From: Nitrospira sp.
GTDB taxonomy: Bacteria > Nitrospirota > Nitrospiria > Nitrospirales > Nitrospiraceae
Assembly (NCBI GenBank): GCA_018242685.1
Contig: JAFEBM010000013.1
Location: 30,007-94,006 of the forward strand
Reading direction: 5' to 3'
Length of the DNA: 64,000 nucleotides
Part shown: positions 43,452 to 53,370 of the stretch, in pieces
Numbering within the stretch: position 1 is the stretch's first letter
How the letters are laid out: every line of letters begins with the position of its first letter
Made by a program: the position numbers and the translations under genes
The notes under the pieces: generated by a model
The model's database searches: none
Told to the model about the DNA's origin: nothing
The model's input: the letters and a program-made list of their open reading frames with translations, nothing else

Positions 43452-46098
43452 TTCGACCCTGAGCCCGCTGATGCGGCAGTATCGGGACATCAAACAGGGA
43501 CACCCTGAGGCGATACTGTTTTTTCGGGTCGGAGACTTTTATGAGATGTTCTACGAAGACGCACAAGACGCGTCTCGACTCTTATCGATCGCCCTCACGT
43601 CCCGCGACAAGAACAGCGCCCATCCTATTCCACTCTGTGGTGTACCCTATCATGCAGCCACAGGCTATATCGCAAAGCTCTTGAAGTCCGGCCGTCTCGT
43701 CGCGCTGTGCGAGCAAGTTGAGGATCCCAAGGCAGCAAAGGGCCTGGTACGCCGTGAAGTCGTCAGACTGTATACTCCTGGGACACTTGTAGACACAGAG
43801 TTTCTTGCCCCTTCCGAGCTCAACTATCTCGTCTCCCTCGCCGTTGGATCCGGGACGGTTCCTGGCATGCCGATAGGACTGGCCGTCCTTGAGGTTTCAA
43901 CCGGCGAGTTTTGGGGCATGGAGTTTCACGGTCCCCACGCGTCCACGCAACTGTTGAACGAGATCGCTCGGCTGGACCCTCGGGAAGTTCTCTTCCCCGC
44001 AGACCTTGTTCGCCAATCTTCCGCTTGGATTCAACAAATCACGGGAGCACGTCTGTGCGAGCGACCAACGGCGTCGTTCAGCCATCAATCGGCTGCTCGT
44101 ACCTTAACTGAACACTTCCGCGTGCAAACCTTGGAAACCCTAGGCTGTGCCGACTCTCCAGCTGCCAGTAGCGCTGCGGGAGCAGTCTTGTCGTACTTCC
44201 GCGAGACCCAACCGACGGTTCCTCTGAGCCACGTTCGCCGATTCACTGTTCGGGCTAATAACGAGTACATGCACCTTGATGCAGCGACGATCCGCAATCT
44301 GGAACTGCTCAAGCCATTCGCGTCGAACGAGACAACGCCGGGCTTCAACCCTACGACTCTTCTCAGTGTTCTGGATCGGACCGCCACGGCCATGGGAAGT
44401 CGACTCCTTCGTCAGTGGCTAGTGAGACCGTTACTCCACGACGATCAGATTCGGTTTCGGCTGGATGCCGTGGAAGAACTGAAGAACCACATGCAGGTGC
44501 GGACTGCATTGCGTACCGGCTTGCGAGAGATCCAAGATGTCGCGCGACTCGGCAGCCGCATCGTACTCGGTTTGGCCGGCCCACGAGAACTGCTTGCTCT
44601 CAAACAGTCTCTCTCGGTTTTACCTGAGATTTTCGGCCGGCTGACCGCACTCCAGAGCCGGCTCCTCTGCGATGCGCGGGCATCATGGGATAACGGCCAA
44701 GATCTGTTCGACCTGATCGAGCGGGCCATTCGACCTGATGCTCCGCTCTCCATTCGCGATGGGAATATCATCACAGAGGGTTACGATCCGGCAATTGACG
44801 AGCTGCGGAAAACCAGCAGGGAGGGAAAACATTGGATCACCGCAATCGAGACACAGGAGCGTGATCGTACGGGCATTGAATCATTGAAAATCCGCTACAA
44901 CCACGTGTTCGGCTATTATATCGAGATTACCAAAGCCAATCTGGCTCGTGTCCCCGCCGACTACATTCGCAAGCAAACCCTCGTCAATGCCGAACGGTTC
45001 ATGACCGTGGAATTGAAGGACCTGGAAGAACGCGTCATTGGAGCCGATGCCAAATTGCTTGCCTGCGAGCAAGAGGTCTTTATGCAGGTGCGCTCCCGGT
45101 TGGCCAAAGAAGCTCATCGATTGGACGCCATGGCCACCGTCCTTTCGCTGATTGATGTCGTCGCCGCATTGGCCGATACGGCCGCTTTGCACCGGTACAC
45201 CAAACCCACGATCATGGAAGGGGGCGCCATCACCATACGGGAGGGGCGCCACCCCGTGGTTGAAGGACTCTGTGCCGAGTCGGGATTCGTCCCGAACGAC
45301 ACGGTCCTCGATCTGGAGACGAACCGGCTGCTGATCATTACCGGGCCGAACATGGCGGGCAAGAGCACCTATCTTAGGCAGGTCGCCCTGATCGTACTGA
45401 TGGCTCAAATCGGCAGCTTTGTCCCCGCCGCAGAAGCGCAGGTTGGATTGACCGATCGCATCTTCACAAGAGTGGGAGCTTCGGACAATTTGGCCAGGGG
45501 CCAGAGTACGTTCATGGTGGAGATGGTCGAGACGGCCAATATTCTGCAGAACGCGACTCAACGCAGCCTGATTCTATTGGACGAAATCGGGCGCGGCACG
45601 AGCACCTACGATGGCCTGAGCATCGCTTGGGCGATTGCAGAGCACATCCATGACCGAGCGCGATTAGGCGCACGCACGTTGTTCGCCACTCATTACCATG
45701 AGATGACACAGCTGGAACAGCAACGGACCGGAATCAAGAATTATCGCGTGGCCGTTCAGGAACGCGGCGGAGACGTTGTGTTTCTCAGAAAAATCGTGGC
45801 AGGCAAAGCCGACCGGAGTTACGGCATCCACGTGGCCAAACTGGCCGGGCTTCCTCCCGACGTCATTAGCCGGGCGCAAGCGGTGTTATCGCAACTTGAA
45901 CAACCGGAGTCGGCTCGCTCCGAGTTGATTCAGGAACAACCCCAGCTGACCTCCGATCCTCTTCCCCAGCCTCATCCACTCATTGAGGAGGTCAAGCAGA
46001 TCGACTTATTCTCAATGACTCCGCTTGATGCACTGAACCGCCTTGCCGAGTTGCAGCGCATGGTGAGATCGGATAGCAGCGATTCATCCGATCGATAA
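43444..46098 (+). CDS. mutS: DNA mismatch repair protein MutS
   Basis: ATG at 43444 gives MNDSTLSPLMRQYRDIKQ. Motifs TGPNMAGKSTYLRQ and DEIGRGTSTYDG. Confidence 0.96.
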   Translation: MNDSTLSPLMRQYRDIKQGHPEAILFFRVGDFYEMFYEDAQDASRLLSIALTSRDKNSAHPIPLCGVPYHAATGYIAKLLKSGRLVALCEQVEDPKAAKGLVRREVVRLYTPGTLVDTEFLAPSELNYLVSLAVGSGTVPGMPIGLAVLEVSTGEFWGMEFHGPHASTQLLNEIARLDPREVLFPADLVRQSSAWIQQITGARLCERPTASFSHQSAARTLTEHFRVQTLETLGCADSPAASSAAGAVLSYFRETQPTVPLSHVRRFTVRANNEYMHLDAATIRNLELLKPFASNETTPGFNPTTLLSVLDRTATAMGSRLLRQWLVRPLLHDDQIRFRLDAVEELKNHMQVRTALRTGLREIQDVARLGSRIVLGLAGPRELLALKQSLSVLPEIFGRLTALQSRLLCDARASWDNGQDLFDLIERAIRPDAPLSIRDGNIITEGYDPAIDELRKTSREGKHWITAIETQERDRTGIESLKIRYNHVFGYYIEITKANLARVPADYIRKQTLVNAERFMTVELKDLEERVIGADAKLLACEQEVFMQVRSRLAKEAHRLDAMATVLSLIDVVAALADTAALHRYTKPTIMEGGAITIREGRHPVVEGLCAESGFVPNDTVLDLETNRLLIITGPNMAGKSTYLRQVALIVLMAQIGSFVPAAEAQVGLTDRIFTRVGASDNLARGQSTFMVEMVETANILQNATQRSLILLDEIGRGTSTYDGLSIAWAIAEHIHDRARLGARTLFATHYHEMTQLEQQRTGIKNYRVAVQERGGDVVFLRKIVAGKADRSYGIHVAKLAGLPPDVISRAQAVLSQLEQPESARSELIQEQPQLTSDPLPQPHPLIEEVKQIDLFSMTPLDALNRLAELQRMVRSDSSDSSDR

Positions 46099-46126
46099 CC
46101 CATCATGGATCGGATGCGGTGCAATG

Positions 46127-46164
46127 AAACGGGCGGCCTCCCGAAAGGGACGCCGCCCGTTTTC
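46127..46164. terminator. Bidirectional hairpin terminator between convergent mutS and the secreted-protein operon
   Basis: AAACGGGCGG...CCGCCCGTTT (10 bp) with an inner TCCC/GGGA stem and a T-run after the 3' arm. Confidence 0.65.
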
Positions 46165-46177
46165 ATCTGAATAGCCT

Positions 46178-46840
46178 TCAGTGCGCTCGATTATACTGTG
46201 CGGACCAGGGAATGAGACCCCCGAGAGTTTTTCCACCAGGAAGCATCACATCATATTGCATGCCCACATTGTGCCCATCAGGAGTGACCGGCGAAGTGTT
46301 GAGATCTTGCTTGGCTGCTGCGCAAGCCTTGTCGACTTCACTTTTTCCGGCACAATCTTTGAGGCGAAGCGCGGACATGCTGAGAGGCTTGCCCATTGCC
46401 CCGGACACCTCAGAGATCTTCTTCACCGATGAAATCACTCGATGATTCTGTTCAGTTTCTGTGGCGACGAATTCGATTAAGTCCGTCGTGCTTCCGGGGG
46501 GTACATCCTTCGCGGCCGCGGGCCCGGCATGAGATCGCCCCATCTTCTTCAGCTCTTGCCAGGCGGACTTATCGGCATAGAACTTCACATTTTTACCTGG
46601 ATGAATTTTTTGCCAGTACAAGCCGCTCTCGGCATTACCACCGAAGACGGCGATGTTGATCCACACCGCTTCATCGTAGGGATCAAGGACGATCACCCGA
46701 CCCTGAAGGGTCGTCGGTTTGCTCATATCGCCCCACTCGAATCGCTCTTGAAATGACTCAATGGCTGAGGCAGTCGAACTCATACCGACTATCAGCGCAA
46801 CGGCTGCCAGAACGGCTGCACCTCGCTTCTGCAACATCAT
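46178..46840 (-). CDS. Secreted protein of unknown function
   Basis: ORF 46178..46870. The ATG at 46840 has a strong AAGGAGGA RBS and gives MMLQKRGAAVLAAVALIVGMSSTASA (signal peptide). No family recognised. Confidence 0.65.
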   Translation of the reverse strand: MMLQKRGAAVLAAVALIVGMSSTASAIESFQERFEWGDMSKPTTLQGRVIVLDPYDEAVWINIAVFGGNAESGLYWQKIHPGKNVKFYADKSAWQELKKMGRSHAGPAAAKDVPPGSTTDLIEFVATETEQNHRVISSVKKISEVSGAMGKPLSMSALRLKDCAGKSEVDKACAAAKQDLNTSPVTPDGHNVGMQYDVMLPGGKTLGGLIPWSAQYNRAH

Positions 46841-46879
46841 AATCGCGTCCTCCTTCAACATCTTCGACATTGAGAGTGG

Positions 46880-47392
46880 CTAGTCCTTGATCAACTTGAA
46901 GCCGGTGATGGTTCTGCCGTCCAGCGTGACCTCCATAGCGACCAATTCTTGAGAGGCCTTGATGATTTGATCCATCAGCGCTTTATCTTTGACGGCAAGT
47001 CGAACCGTCGTGGCGGCATGGTACCAACCTGAATAGGTTGAATTTTTTTCACTGCCACCGGTGAAACCCCAGGCACAGCAAGTGAACAATGGATCCGGCG
47101 GCTTCACGTCAAACGTGGTAGAGGATCGGCCACCTGGGGTACCGGATCCCGGCTCTCCCGAATTCCAATATTGGATGCCGAACAAGAGTTCTCCATCCGG
47201 ATTATCGGCCCACTGCGACCAAACACGGCCTTGCAACGTCTTGGCCGCGGCTTCGGATTTCAGTGGTTTTCCACCGACCACTGCATCGGCAAGACCCAAC
47301 GCTTCAAGTCCGGCAGCTAATGTGAACTCGGCCGTTAGCAAGCCGAACCCCGAAAACACTACCACGGCGGCTAGAACGACAGCCTTTTTCAT
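46880..47392 (-). CDS. Secreted protein of unknown function
   Basis: ORF 46880..47431. The ATG at 47392 after AGGAGGG gives MKKAVVLAAVVVFSGFGLLTAEFTLAAG (signal peptide). No family recognised. Confidence 0.65.
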   Translation of the reverse strand: MKKAVVLAAVVVFSGFGLLTAEFTLAAGLEALGLADAVVGGKPLKSEAAAKTLQGRVWSQWADNPDGELLFGIQYWNSGEPGSGTPGGRSSTTFDVKPPDPLFTCCAWGFTGGSEKNSTYSGWYHAATTVRLAVKDKALMDQIIKASQELVAMEVTLDGRTITGFKLIKD

Positions 47393-47683
47393 ACGCGTCC
47401 CTCCTTCGTCAAATTGAGCCCAACAGTCCAATGAGACGTTATTCGTCGCTAATGCTGGATATCGCTAAATCAAAGCCTGTGGAAAATTTTCGTTCTTCAA
47501 TAGTTTGCGTATCAAAAACAAATGTAAACCGTCCACTTACTACCGGAATGGTACTGAAACTGCGATGCCCGTCAAGGACATGTGTGATGGATTCGACTCT
47601 AGAGAAATGTATGCCCAAATGTCAATACATAACAGGCTGTTGTGAGATTTCAATAGATTGGCCTTCATGTGCAGCAACGGCAG

Positions 47684-48949
47684 TTAGGAAAATTTCGCGC
47701 TCAACCCCTCCACTTGACGTGAAGAAAGAGGACCCAAGCCGGTCAACGCGATTCTGTCCCCGATGAACAGATTCTGTGCGGTCTGAAATACTTGCTGCTC
47801 AGTGACGCCGTCGATCTCCGTAATCACATCCTCCAAGGTCGTATGAGTCCCGGCAATCAGCTCGTCCTTGGCAAGCTTGTTCATCCGACTATGTGAACTC
47901 TCCAAGCTCAGCATGAGACTACCCTTCATTTGATCCTTCGTGCGTTTCAGCTCGCGACCATCGATGCCATGTCTGGCCAGTTTTCGAATTTCTCGGTGGA
48001 CCAAATCTAAAACCCGCTCAACCTCTCTTGCGCGAATCCCGGCGTAGACCGTAATGGTGCCGCTGTCTGAATAGCCGGACAAAAACGAGTAGATTGAATA
48101 GGACAAACCGCGTTTTTCTCGGATCTCCTGGAATAGCCTCGAGCTGACGCTGCCGCCCAGCACCGCGTTCAACGCATAGACCGCATAGCGGTCCTTATGC
48201 CCGGCTGCAACGCTCTCAAACCCCACGCAGAGGTGAACCTGTTCCAAGGGCTTCTGTTTCATCATCGCGCCCCCCAGCAATTCAGGGGGCCAACGTTTGC
48301 GAGGAATGCTGCTTGAGGACTTGCGATACCCACTGAAGGTGCGGGCCATTGTTTTTTCAAGCTGATGGTGATCGAAATTTCCTGCGATCGCCACCACGAT
48401 CTCTTCCGGGCGGTAATGAGAGTCGATATACTCAAGGAGGTTCTGCCGGCTGATCCGGTTGATGGTTGATTCTCGCCCCAAGATCGGCCGACTCAAGGGA
48501 TGTCGCCCCATGATCACCTTGGTATGAAGTTCCTGGACCAGATCTTCAGGGTCATCTTGAACCATACGGATTTCTTCGAGCACCACCTGTTTCTCTTTCT
48601 CGATTTCCTTCCGGCCAAGACGAGAGCGAAGAAACAAATCCGAAAGCAGGTCCAACGCCTGAGGCAAGTGCTGATCCAAGACCTTGACGTAGAACGTCGT
48701 CGTTTCGCGTGTCGTAAAGGCGTTCATCTCGCCTCCCAACGCGTCGATTTCACGGGAGATATCCGTCGCCGAACGAGTACCCGTCCCCTTGAAGAACATG
48801 TGTTCAACGAAGTGCGAATACCCGGCCTCCGCGGGACTTTCATCACGAGAGCCCGCATTGACCCAGATCCCAACCGTCACAGATTTCAGCGTCGGAATCT
48901 GCTCGGTGACCAACCGAATTCCGTTATCGAGAATGAGCTTGCGGTACAA
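47684..48949 (-). CDS. M16-family zinc peptidase (insulinase-like)
   Basis: HFVEHMFFKGT (HxxEH). TTG start 3 nt after the pnp stop. Conserved position downstream of pnp. Confidence 0.88.
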   Translation of the reverse strand: MYRKLILDNGIRLVTEQIPTLKSVTVGIWVNAGSRDESPAEAGYSHFVEHMFFKGTGTRSATDISREIDALGGEMNAFTTRETTTFYVKVLDQHLPQALDLLSDLFLRSRLGRKEIEKEKQVVLEEIRMVQDDPEDLVQELHTKVIMGRHPLSRPILGRESTINRISRQNLLEYIDSHYRPEEIVVAIAGNFDHHQLEKTMARTFSGYRKSSSSIPRKRWPPELLGGAMMKQKPLEQVHLCVGFESVAAGHKDRYAVYALNAVLGGSVSSRLFQEIREKRGLSYSIYSFLSGYSDSGTITVYAGIRAREVERVLDLVHREIRKLARHGIDGRELKRTKDQMKGSLMLSLESSHSRMNKLAKDELIAGTHTTLEDVITEIDGVTEQQVFQTAQNLFIGDRIALTGLGPLSSRQVEGLSAKFS

Positions 48950-48952
48950 GTG

Positions 48953-51070
48953 TTACCCGCCTGCCGAATCGTTGGCGCCGCTTCTTGCCGGCGCAGGGAT
49001 AGTCTCTTTTCGACTGAGCCTGATCTTGCCCTGTTTGTCGATCTCCAATACTTTCACCAGAATTTGATCGCCTTCGGCCACCTCATCGGATACGGCTTTC
49101 ACTCGGTGATGCGCAAGCTGTGAGATGTGAACCAACCCATCCGTGCCCGGCAACACTTCCACGAATGCACCAAAGTCCATAATCTTTCTGACCGTACCCA
49201 TATAGACCTTCCCGACTTCGACTTCTTCAGTCAAGCGGTTGATGATCTCCTTGGCTTTTTGTAACGACTCACCATCCGCAGAAGCGATGGTTACAATACC
49301 GGTATCTTCGACACTGATCTTCACTCCGCAGTCGGACTGAATCCCGCGGATGGTCTTGCCGCCCTGACCGATGATATCTCGAATCTTATCTTGCTTGACC
49401 TTCATCGTGTAGATGCGGGGCGCGAACGGCGACAAGTCGGTGCGCGGGCCCGCAAGCCCCTTGGACATGCGGTCGAGAATGTGGAGGCGTCCCACCCGGG
49501 CTTGCTCTAAGGCTTGCTGCATCAACGCCGTGGTGATGCCGCCGATCTTGATGTCCATTTGAAGCGCCGTAATCCCGTTCTTGGTCCCGCAGACCTTGAA
49601 GTCCATATCGCCCAAATGATCTTCAAGGCCAAGGATGTCCGACAAGATAATCACGTCGTTGCCTTCTTTGATCAACCCCATCGCGATGCCGGCGACCGGC
49701 TCCTTGATGGGCACTCCGGCGTCCATCATGGCCAGCGTTCCACCGCATACGGTCGCCATGGACGAAGACCCATTGGATTCCAGAATTTCGGACACAATCC
49801 GCAGGGTGTATGGGAAGACATCTTTGTTTGGAATGACGGGCTTCAACGCCCGCTCGGCCAAAGCTCCGTGCCCAACCTCACGCCTTCCCGGTGAGCGGAG
49901 CGGCCGCGCCTCCCCGACGCTGAAGGGCGGGAAGTTGTAATGCAGCATAAATGTCCGGGTATACTCGCCTTCCAAGGCGTCAATGCGCTGTTCATCGTCT
50001 GTCGTCCCGAGCGTCACCACCGCAAGGCTCTGAGTTTCGCCTCGGGTAAAGATCGCGGAACCATGTGCCCGAGGCAAGGCGCCCACCTCGCAGCTGATCG
50101 GCCTGATATCGGCCGGCCCTCGTCCGTCTGCACGCGATCGGTTCTCTAAGATCATTTTCCGGACTTCCGTGTATTCCAATTGATGGAACACAATCTTGAC
50201 GTGCCGTTCGCTTGAGGGATCCTCCGGCTTCTTCAGTTTGTCGATAGCTTCGGTAAGAATGTGGTCCAACCGCTCCTGTCTGGCGGTCTTGTTGGCAATC
50301 ATGATGGCGTCACGAATCGGCTGTGCAACCAACGTCTTGATCTCGGTTTGCAACCCGGAGGCGATCGACTCCGCAAGCACCTCCCGCTTTACTCGACCGA
50401 CCTTCTTGGCCAACTCCTCGATCTTCTGGACGATTTTCTTAATCTCAGCGTGAGCCAATTCCAGCGCTTCGAGCATTGTCTGCTCGGATAATTCATCGGC
50501 CCCTGCCTCCACCATCATCACCGCATCCGCAGTACCTGCAACCACCAGATGCAGGTCGCTCTGCTCCATCGTTTGGAGGTCAGGATTGACGACGAGTTGG
50601 CCGTTGACGCGACCGATCTTCACTCCGGCGACAGGACCGTTGAAAGGGATGTTCGACACAGCGAGTGCGGCTGATGCCGCCGTGATTCCGATGACGTCGG
50701 AAGAACCGGTCTTATCTGCCGAAAGGACTGAAGCAATGACCTGGGTTTCGTAATAGTAGCCCTCGGGAAACAACGGGCGGATCGGACGGTCAATCAAGCG
50801 GCTTGTCAGAACTTCCTTCTCAGCCGGTCGACCTTCGCGCTTGAAGTAACCCCCGGGGATTTTTCCGGCCGCGTAGGCCTTTTCCTGGTAGTCGACGGTC
50901 AGCGGAAGGAAATCGATACCAGGTTTGGCCGTTTGCGCAGCCACGGCCGTCGCCAGGACGACTGTGTCGCCATACGAAGCCCAAATTGACCCATCAGCTT
51001 GCTTTGCGACGCGACCGGTTTCAAGGCGGAGGGTTCGACCCGCAATGTCGACTTTTACGACGTGTACCAT
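48953..51070 (-). CDS. pnp: Polyribonucleotide nucleotidyltransferase
   Basis: Two RNase PH domains plus KH and S1 (GKVYMGTVRKIMDFGAFVE). 705 aa. Confidence 0.97.
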   Translation of the reverse strand: MVHVVKVDIAGRTLRLETGRVAKQADGSIWASYGDTVVLATAVAAQTAKPGIDFLPLTVDYQEKAYAAGKIPGGYFKREGRPAEKEVLTSRLIDRPIRPLFPEGYYYETQVIASVLSADKTGSSDVIGITAASAALAVSNIPFNGPVAGVKIGRVNGQLVVNPDLQTMEQSDLHLVVAGTADAVMMVEAGADELSEQTMLEALELAHAEIKKIVQKIEELAKKVGRVKREVLAESIASGLQTEIKTLVAQPIRDAIMIANKTARQERLDHILTEAIDKLKKPEDPSSERHVKIVFHQLEYTEVRKMILENRSRADGRGPADIRPISCEVGALPRAHGSAIFTRGETQSLAVVTLGTTDDEQRIDALEGEYTRTFMLHYNFPPFSVGEARPLRSPGRREVGHGALAERALKPVIPNKDVFPYTLRIVSEILESNGSSSMATVCGGTLAMMDAGVPIKEPVAGIAMGLIKEGNDVIILSDILGLEDHLGDMDFKVCGTKNGITALQMDIKIGGITTALMQQALEQARVGRLHILDRMSKGLAGPRTDLSPFAPRIYTMKVKQDKIRDIIGQGGKTIRGIQSDCGVKISVEDTGIVTIASADGESLQKAKEIINRLTEEVEVGKVYMGTVRKIMDFGAFVEVLPGTDGLVHISQLAHHRVKAVSDEVAEGDQILVKVLEIDKQGKIRLSRKETIPAPARSGANDSAGG

Positions 51071-51284
51071 CTATGGTCTCCTCTGGTTAGATCCACAGAT
51101 GCCCACTGAAATACGCTCGGGCCGACTACGTTCGGCATTTAGCCGGAGAATGTGACGAGGCGATACGTCTTCCACGCAATCGCACAGGTTCATCAGTGAG
51201 CCGTACATCGTCAGAGCGCATGTCGGTGTTCATCTGTGGGATATTCGAACTGGCGCCGGTCAACGCCGCTGTTAGTACGACCGG
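51071..51284 (-). promoter_or_regulatory. Structured rpsO-pnp intergenic leader
   Basis: Long-range inverted repeat CCACAGATG (51093..51101) / CATCTGTGG (51231..51239) enclosing several smaller hairpins. Confidence 0.4.
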
Positions 51285-51554
51285 TTACTTGCGAATGCCG
51301 AGTCGCTCGATCACGGTTCGGTAACGCGCGTCATCCACCCCGCGGAGATAGTCCAGCAAACGTCGTCTGCGTCCGACCAGTTGCAACAACCCACGCCGCG
51401 AGTGGTGATCCTTTTTATGGCTTTTGAAATGTTCGGTGAGATACGTAATCCTGGTGGTCAACACAGCAATCTGCACTTCCGGCGATCCGGAATCCTTGTC
51501 ATGCTGCTGATATTGCTTGATCAGTTCACCTTTTGCTTCCTTCAGTAATGCCAT
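51285..51554 (-). CDS. rpsO: 30S ribosomal protein S15
   Basis: ATG at 51554 after GGAAGGAG gives [16 protein letters not shown]...[16 protein letters not shown]-type sequence. Confidence 0.96.
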   Translation of the reverse strand: MALLKEAKGELIKQYQQHDKDSGSPEVQIAVLTTRITYLTEHFKSHKKDHHSRRGLLQLVGRRRRLLDYLRGVDDARYRTVIERLGIRK

Positions 51555-51571
51555 ACCTAACTCCTTCCGCA

Positions 51572-52522
51572 TTAATGACTCAAGTGACTCAATACTTTAT
51601 GTATTCTAATCGACCCCACGCGGCCGGTATCGTGAGTTCCAATGGCCAACAACCGACCTGCTTCATCCTTCAGACGTACGGAAACAGCGGTGGGGGAGGA
51701 GGGCAGTTGCCCGGCTCCCATCGGGAAAATGGGCGAGCCGTGCAGGACCCGTTGCGCCTGCTCATCGTTCACGACCACCGCCGGGAGTTGGAAGAGGAGT
51801 TGGTCCAACGAAATGAATTGCCCACGGAGCGCTCCCGTCGTGAGATGGCCAGCAACTTGATCGATCGTCATGGCCTGTTCGATCGACAGTGGACCGACAC
51901 GGCGGCGTTCAAGCGTAAGAAGATGTCCGCCTACGCCTACAGCCTGTCCGATATCGGCGCATAATGTGCGTATATACGTGCCTTTTGAGCACACAATACG
52001 GAGGGCCACGTCACGACCGTGACCGGCCAGAATCTCCAACTGATGAATCGCGATCGATCGCTCTTCCCGCTCGACTGTTTTGCCTGCTCTGGCCGCTTTG
52101 TAAAGCGGTTGTCCACCCACTTTCACGGCTGAATACATCGGCGGCAGCTGCTGTTGTACGCCTCGGAATCGAGTGAGCACCGCCTGAAGCATGTCCTCAG
52201 GCACCTCACAGGGATCAACCTTAGTCAAAACCCTCCCGGTTGCATCCTGGGTGTCGGTCGTTTCTCCCAGACGTAAGACAGCATGGTACTCCTTATCCCA
52301 ATCGATCAGGTATTCAGCGATTCTCGTGGCCCGCCCGACAAGAATGGGCAAGACACCCGTGGCGCTCGGGTCCAGCGTGCCGGCATGACCGACTTTGCTG
52401 CCGTGCAATAAGCTCCGGACCTTGGCCACAACGTCGTGTGAAGTCCAGCCGGCTTCCTTGTAGACAATGAGGACACCCTCAAGAGCACCCTCCTGGTCGG
52501 TTGTCATGCTCGTCCGGTCCAT
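51572..52522 (-). CDS. truB: tRNA pseudouridine(55) synthase
   Basis: [17 protein letters not shown] and [16 protein letters not shown]. Start is ATG 52522 or 52507; the longer ORF overlaps rbfA. Confidence 0.92.
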   Translation of the reverse strand: MDRTSMTTDQEGALEGVLIVYKEAGWTSHDVVAKVRSLLHGSKVGHAGTLDPSATGVLPILVGRATRIAEYLIDWDKEYHAVLRLGETTDTQDATGRVLTKVDPCEVPEDMLQAVLTRFRGVQQQLPPMYSAVKVGGQPLYKAARAGKTVEREERSIAIHQLEILAGHGRDVALRIVCSKGTYIRTLCADIGQAVGVGGHLLTLERRRVGPLSIEQAMTIDQVAGHLTTGALRGQFISLDQLLFQLPAVVVNDEQAQRVLHGSPIFPMGAGQLPSSPTAVSVRLKDEAGRLLAIGTHDTGRVGSIRIHKVLSHLSH

Positions 52523-52526
52523 ACGA

Positions 52527-52937
52527 TTAAGAGTCTGCGATCCCCTGTCCACTGTTTGGGGAGTCCTGATTCTTAGGCTCTTCAGACTTTCCGTGCAGTC
52601 CTTCCAATAGCCGCATGATGCGGTCACCGCGCGGTCCACTGACATCCTTCTTGAAAATCACATCCGGAAGGTAGCGGAGTGAGAGTCGCCGTCCCAATTC
52701 AGACCGTACAAACCCACTGGCTTTTGAGAGACCGGCAAAGATATCCCGTTCAGCCTCGCCCGTTTCCATGGTCGTGACAAACACATGAGCGATGCGCAAA
52801 TCCCTCGTCAGCTCGACATCGGTGACCGTCACGTCACGTACCCGGGGGTCCTTGATTTTTCGCATGAGAATATCCGCCACTTCCATCCGGATCTGGTCGG
52901 CTACCCGATCGGCTCTTTTATAGGTCGTCTTCGACAT
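52527..52937 (-). CDS. rbfA: Ribosome-binding factor A
   Basis: RADRVADQIRMEVADILMRKIKDPRV...VTVTDVELTRDLRIAHVF. Confidence 0.93.
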   Translation of the reverse strand: MSKTTYKRADRVADQIRMEVADILMRKIKDPRVRDVTVTDVELTRDLRIAHVFVTTMETGEAERDIFAGLSKASGFVRSELGRRLSLRYLPDVIFKKDVSGPRGDRIMRLLEGLHGKSEEPKNQDSPNSGQGIADS

Positions 52938-52979
52938 CTTGTTATCCGGAGGTTGTCGATTGCGCGCATTGCGGGGAGC

Positions 52980-53261
52980 CTAGAGCAATTCTAATTGAGT
53001 TCTGACGACTTCGACTGCCGGCATGGACTTGATCAAATTCAATGCTTGTTCAAGCACCTGATTCACGTGTTTGCTCTCATTCGAAACACACGCCATTCCA
53101 AGGACGGCCTTCTGCCAGAGGTCCTGACCGTCCACTTCGGCGACTGAGAGATTAAACTTGCCCCGAAGCCTGTCCTTGAGACCATGAATGACCTGCCGCT
53201 TGTCTTTAAGCGATTGACTCCCTGGGACGAATAATTCTACCGTGCATAGACCCACGACCAT
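52980..53261 (-). CDS. DUF503 (YlxP-like) protein
   Basis: MVVGLCTVELFVPGSQSLKDKRQVIHGLKDRLRGKFNLSVAEV. Conserved slot between infB and rbfA. Confidence 0.85.
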   Translation of the reverse strand: MVVGLCTVELFVPGSQSLKDKRQVIHGLKDRLRGKFNLSVAEVDGQDLWQKAVLGMACVSNESKHVNQVLEQALNLIKSMPAVEVVRTQLELL

Positions 53262-53370
53262 GGCCAGGGTTCAGTTAGAGTAGACTCATGATAAAGGTTT
53301 TACGATTCCGTTTATGAAGCGCACCCGGCCTTTGGACGATGGTTGTCTAAAAACTCTGAGGCTTCTACTC

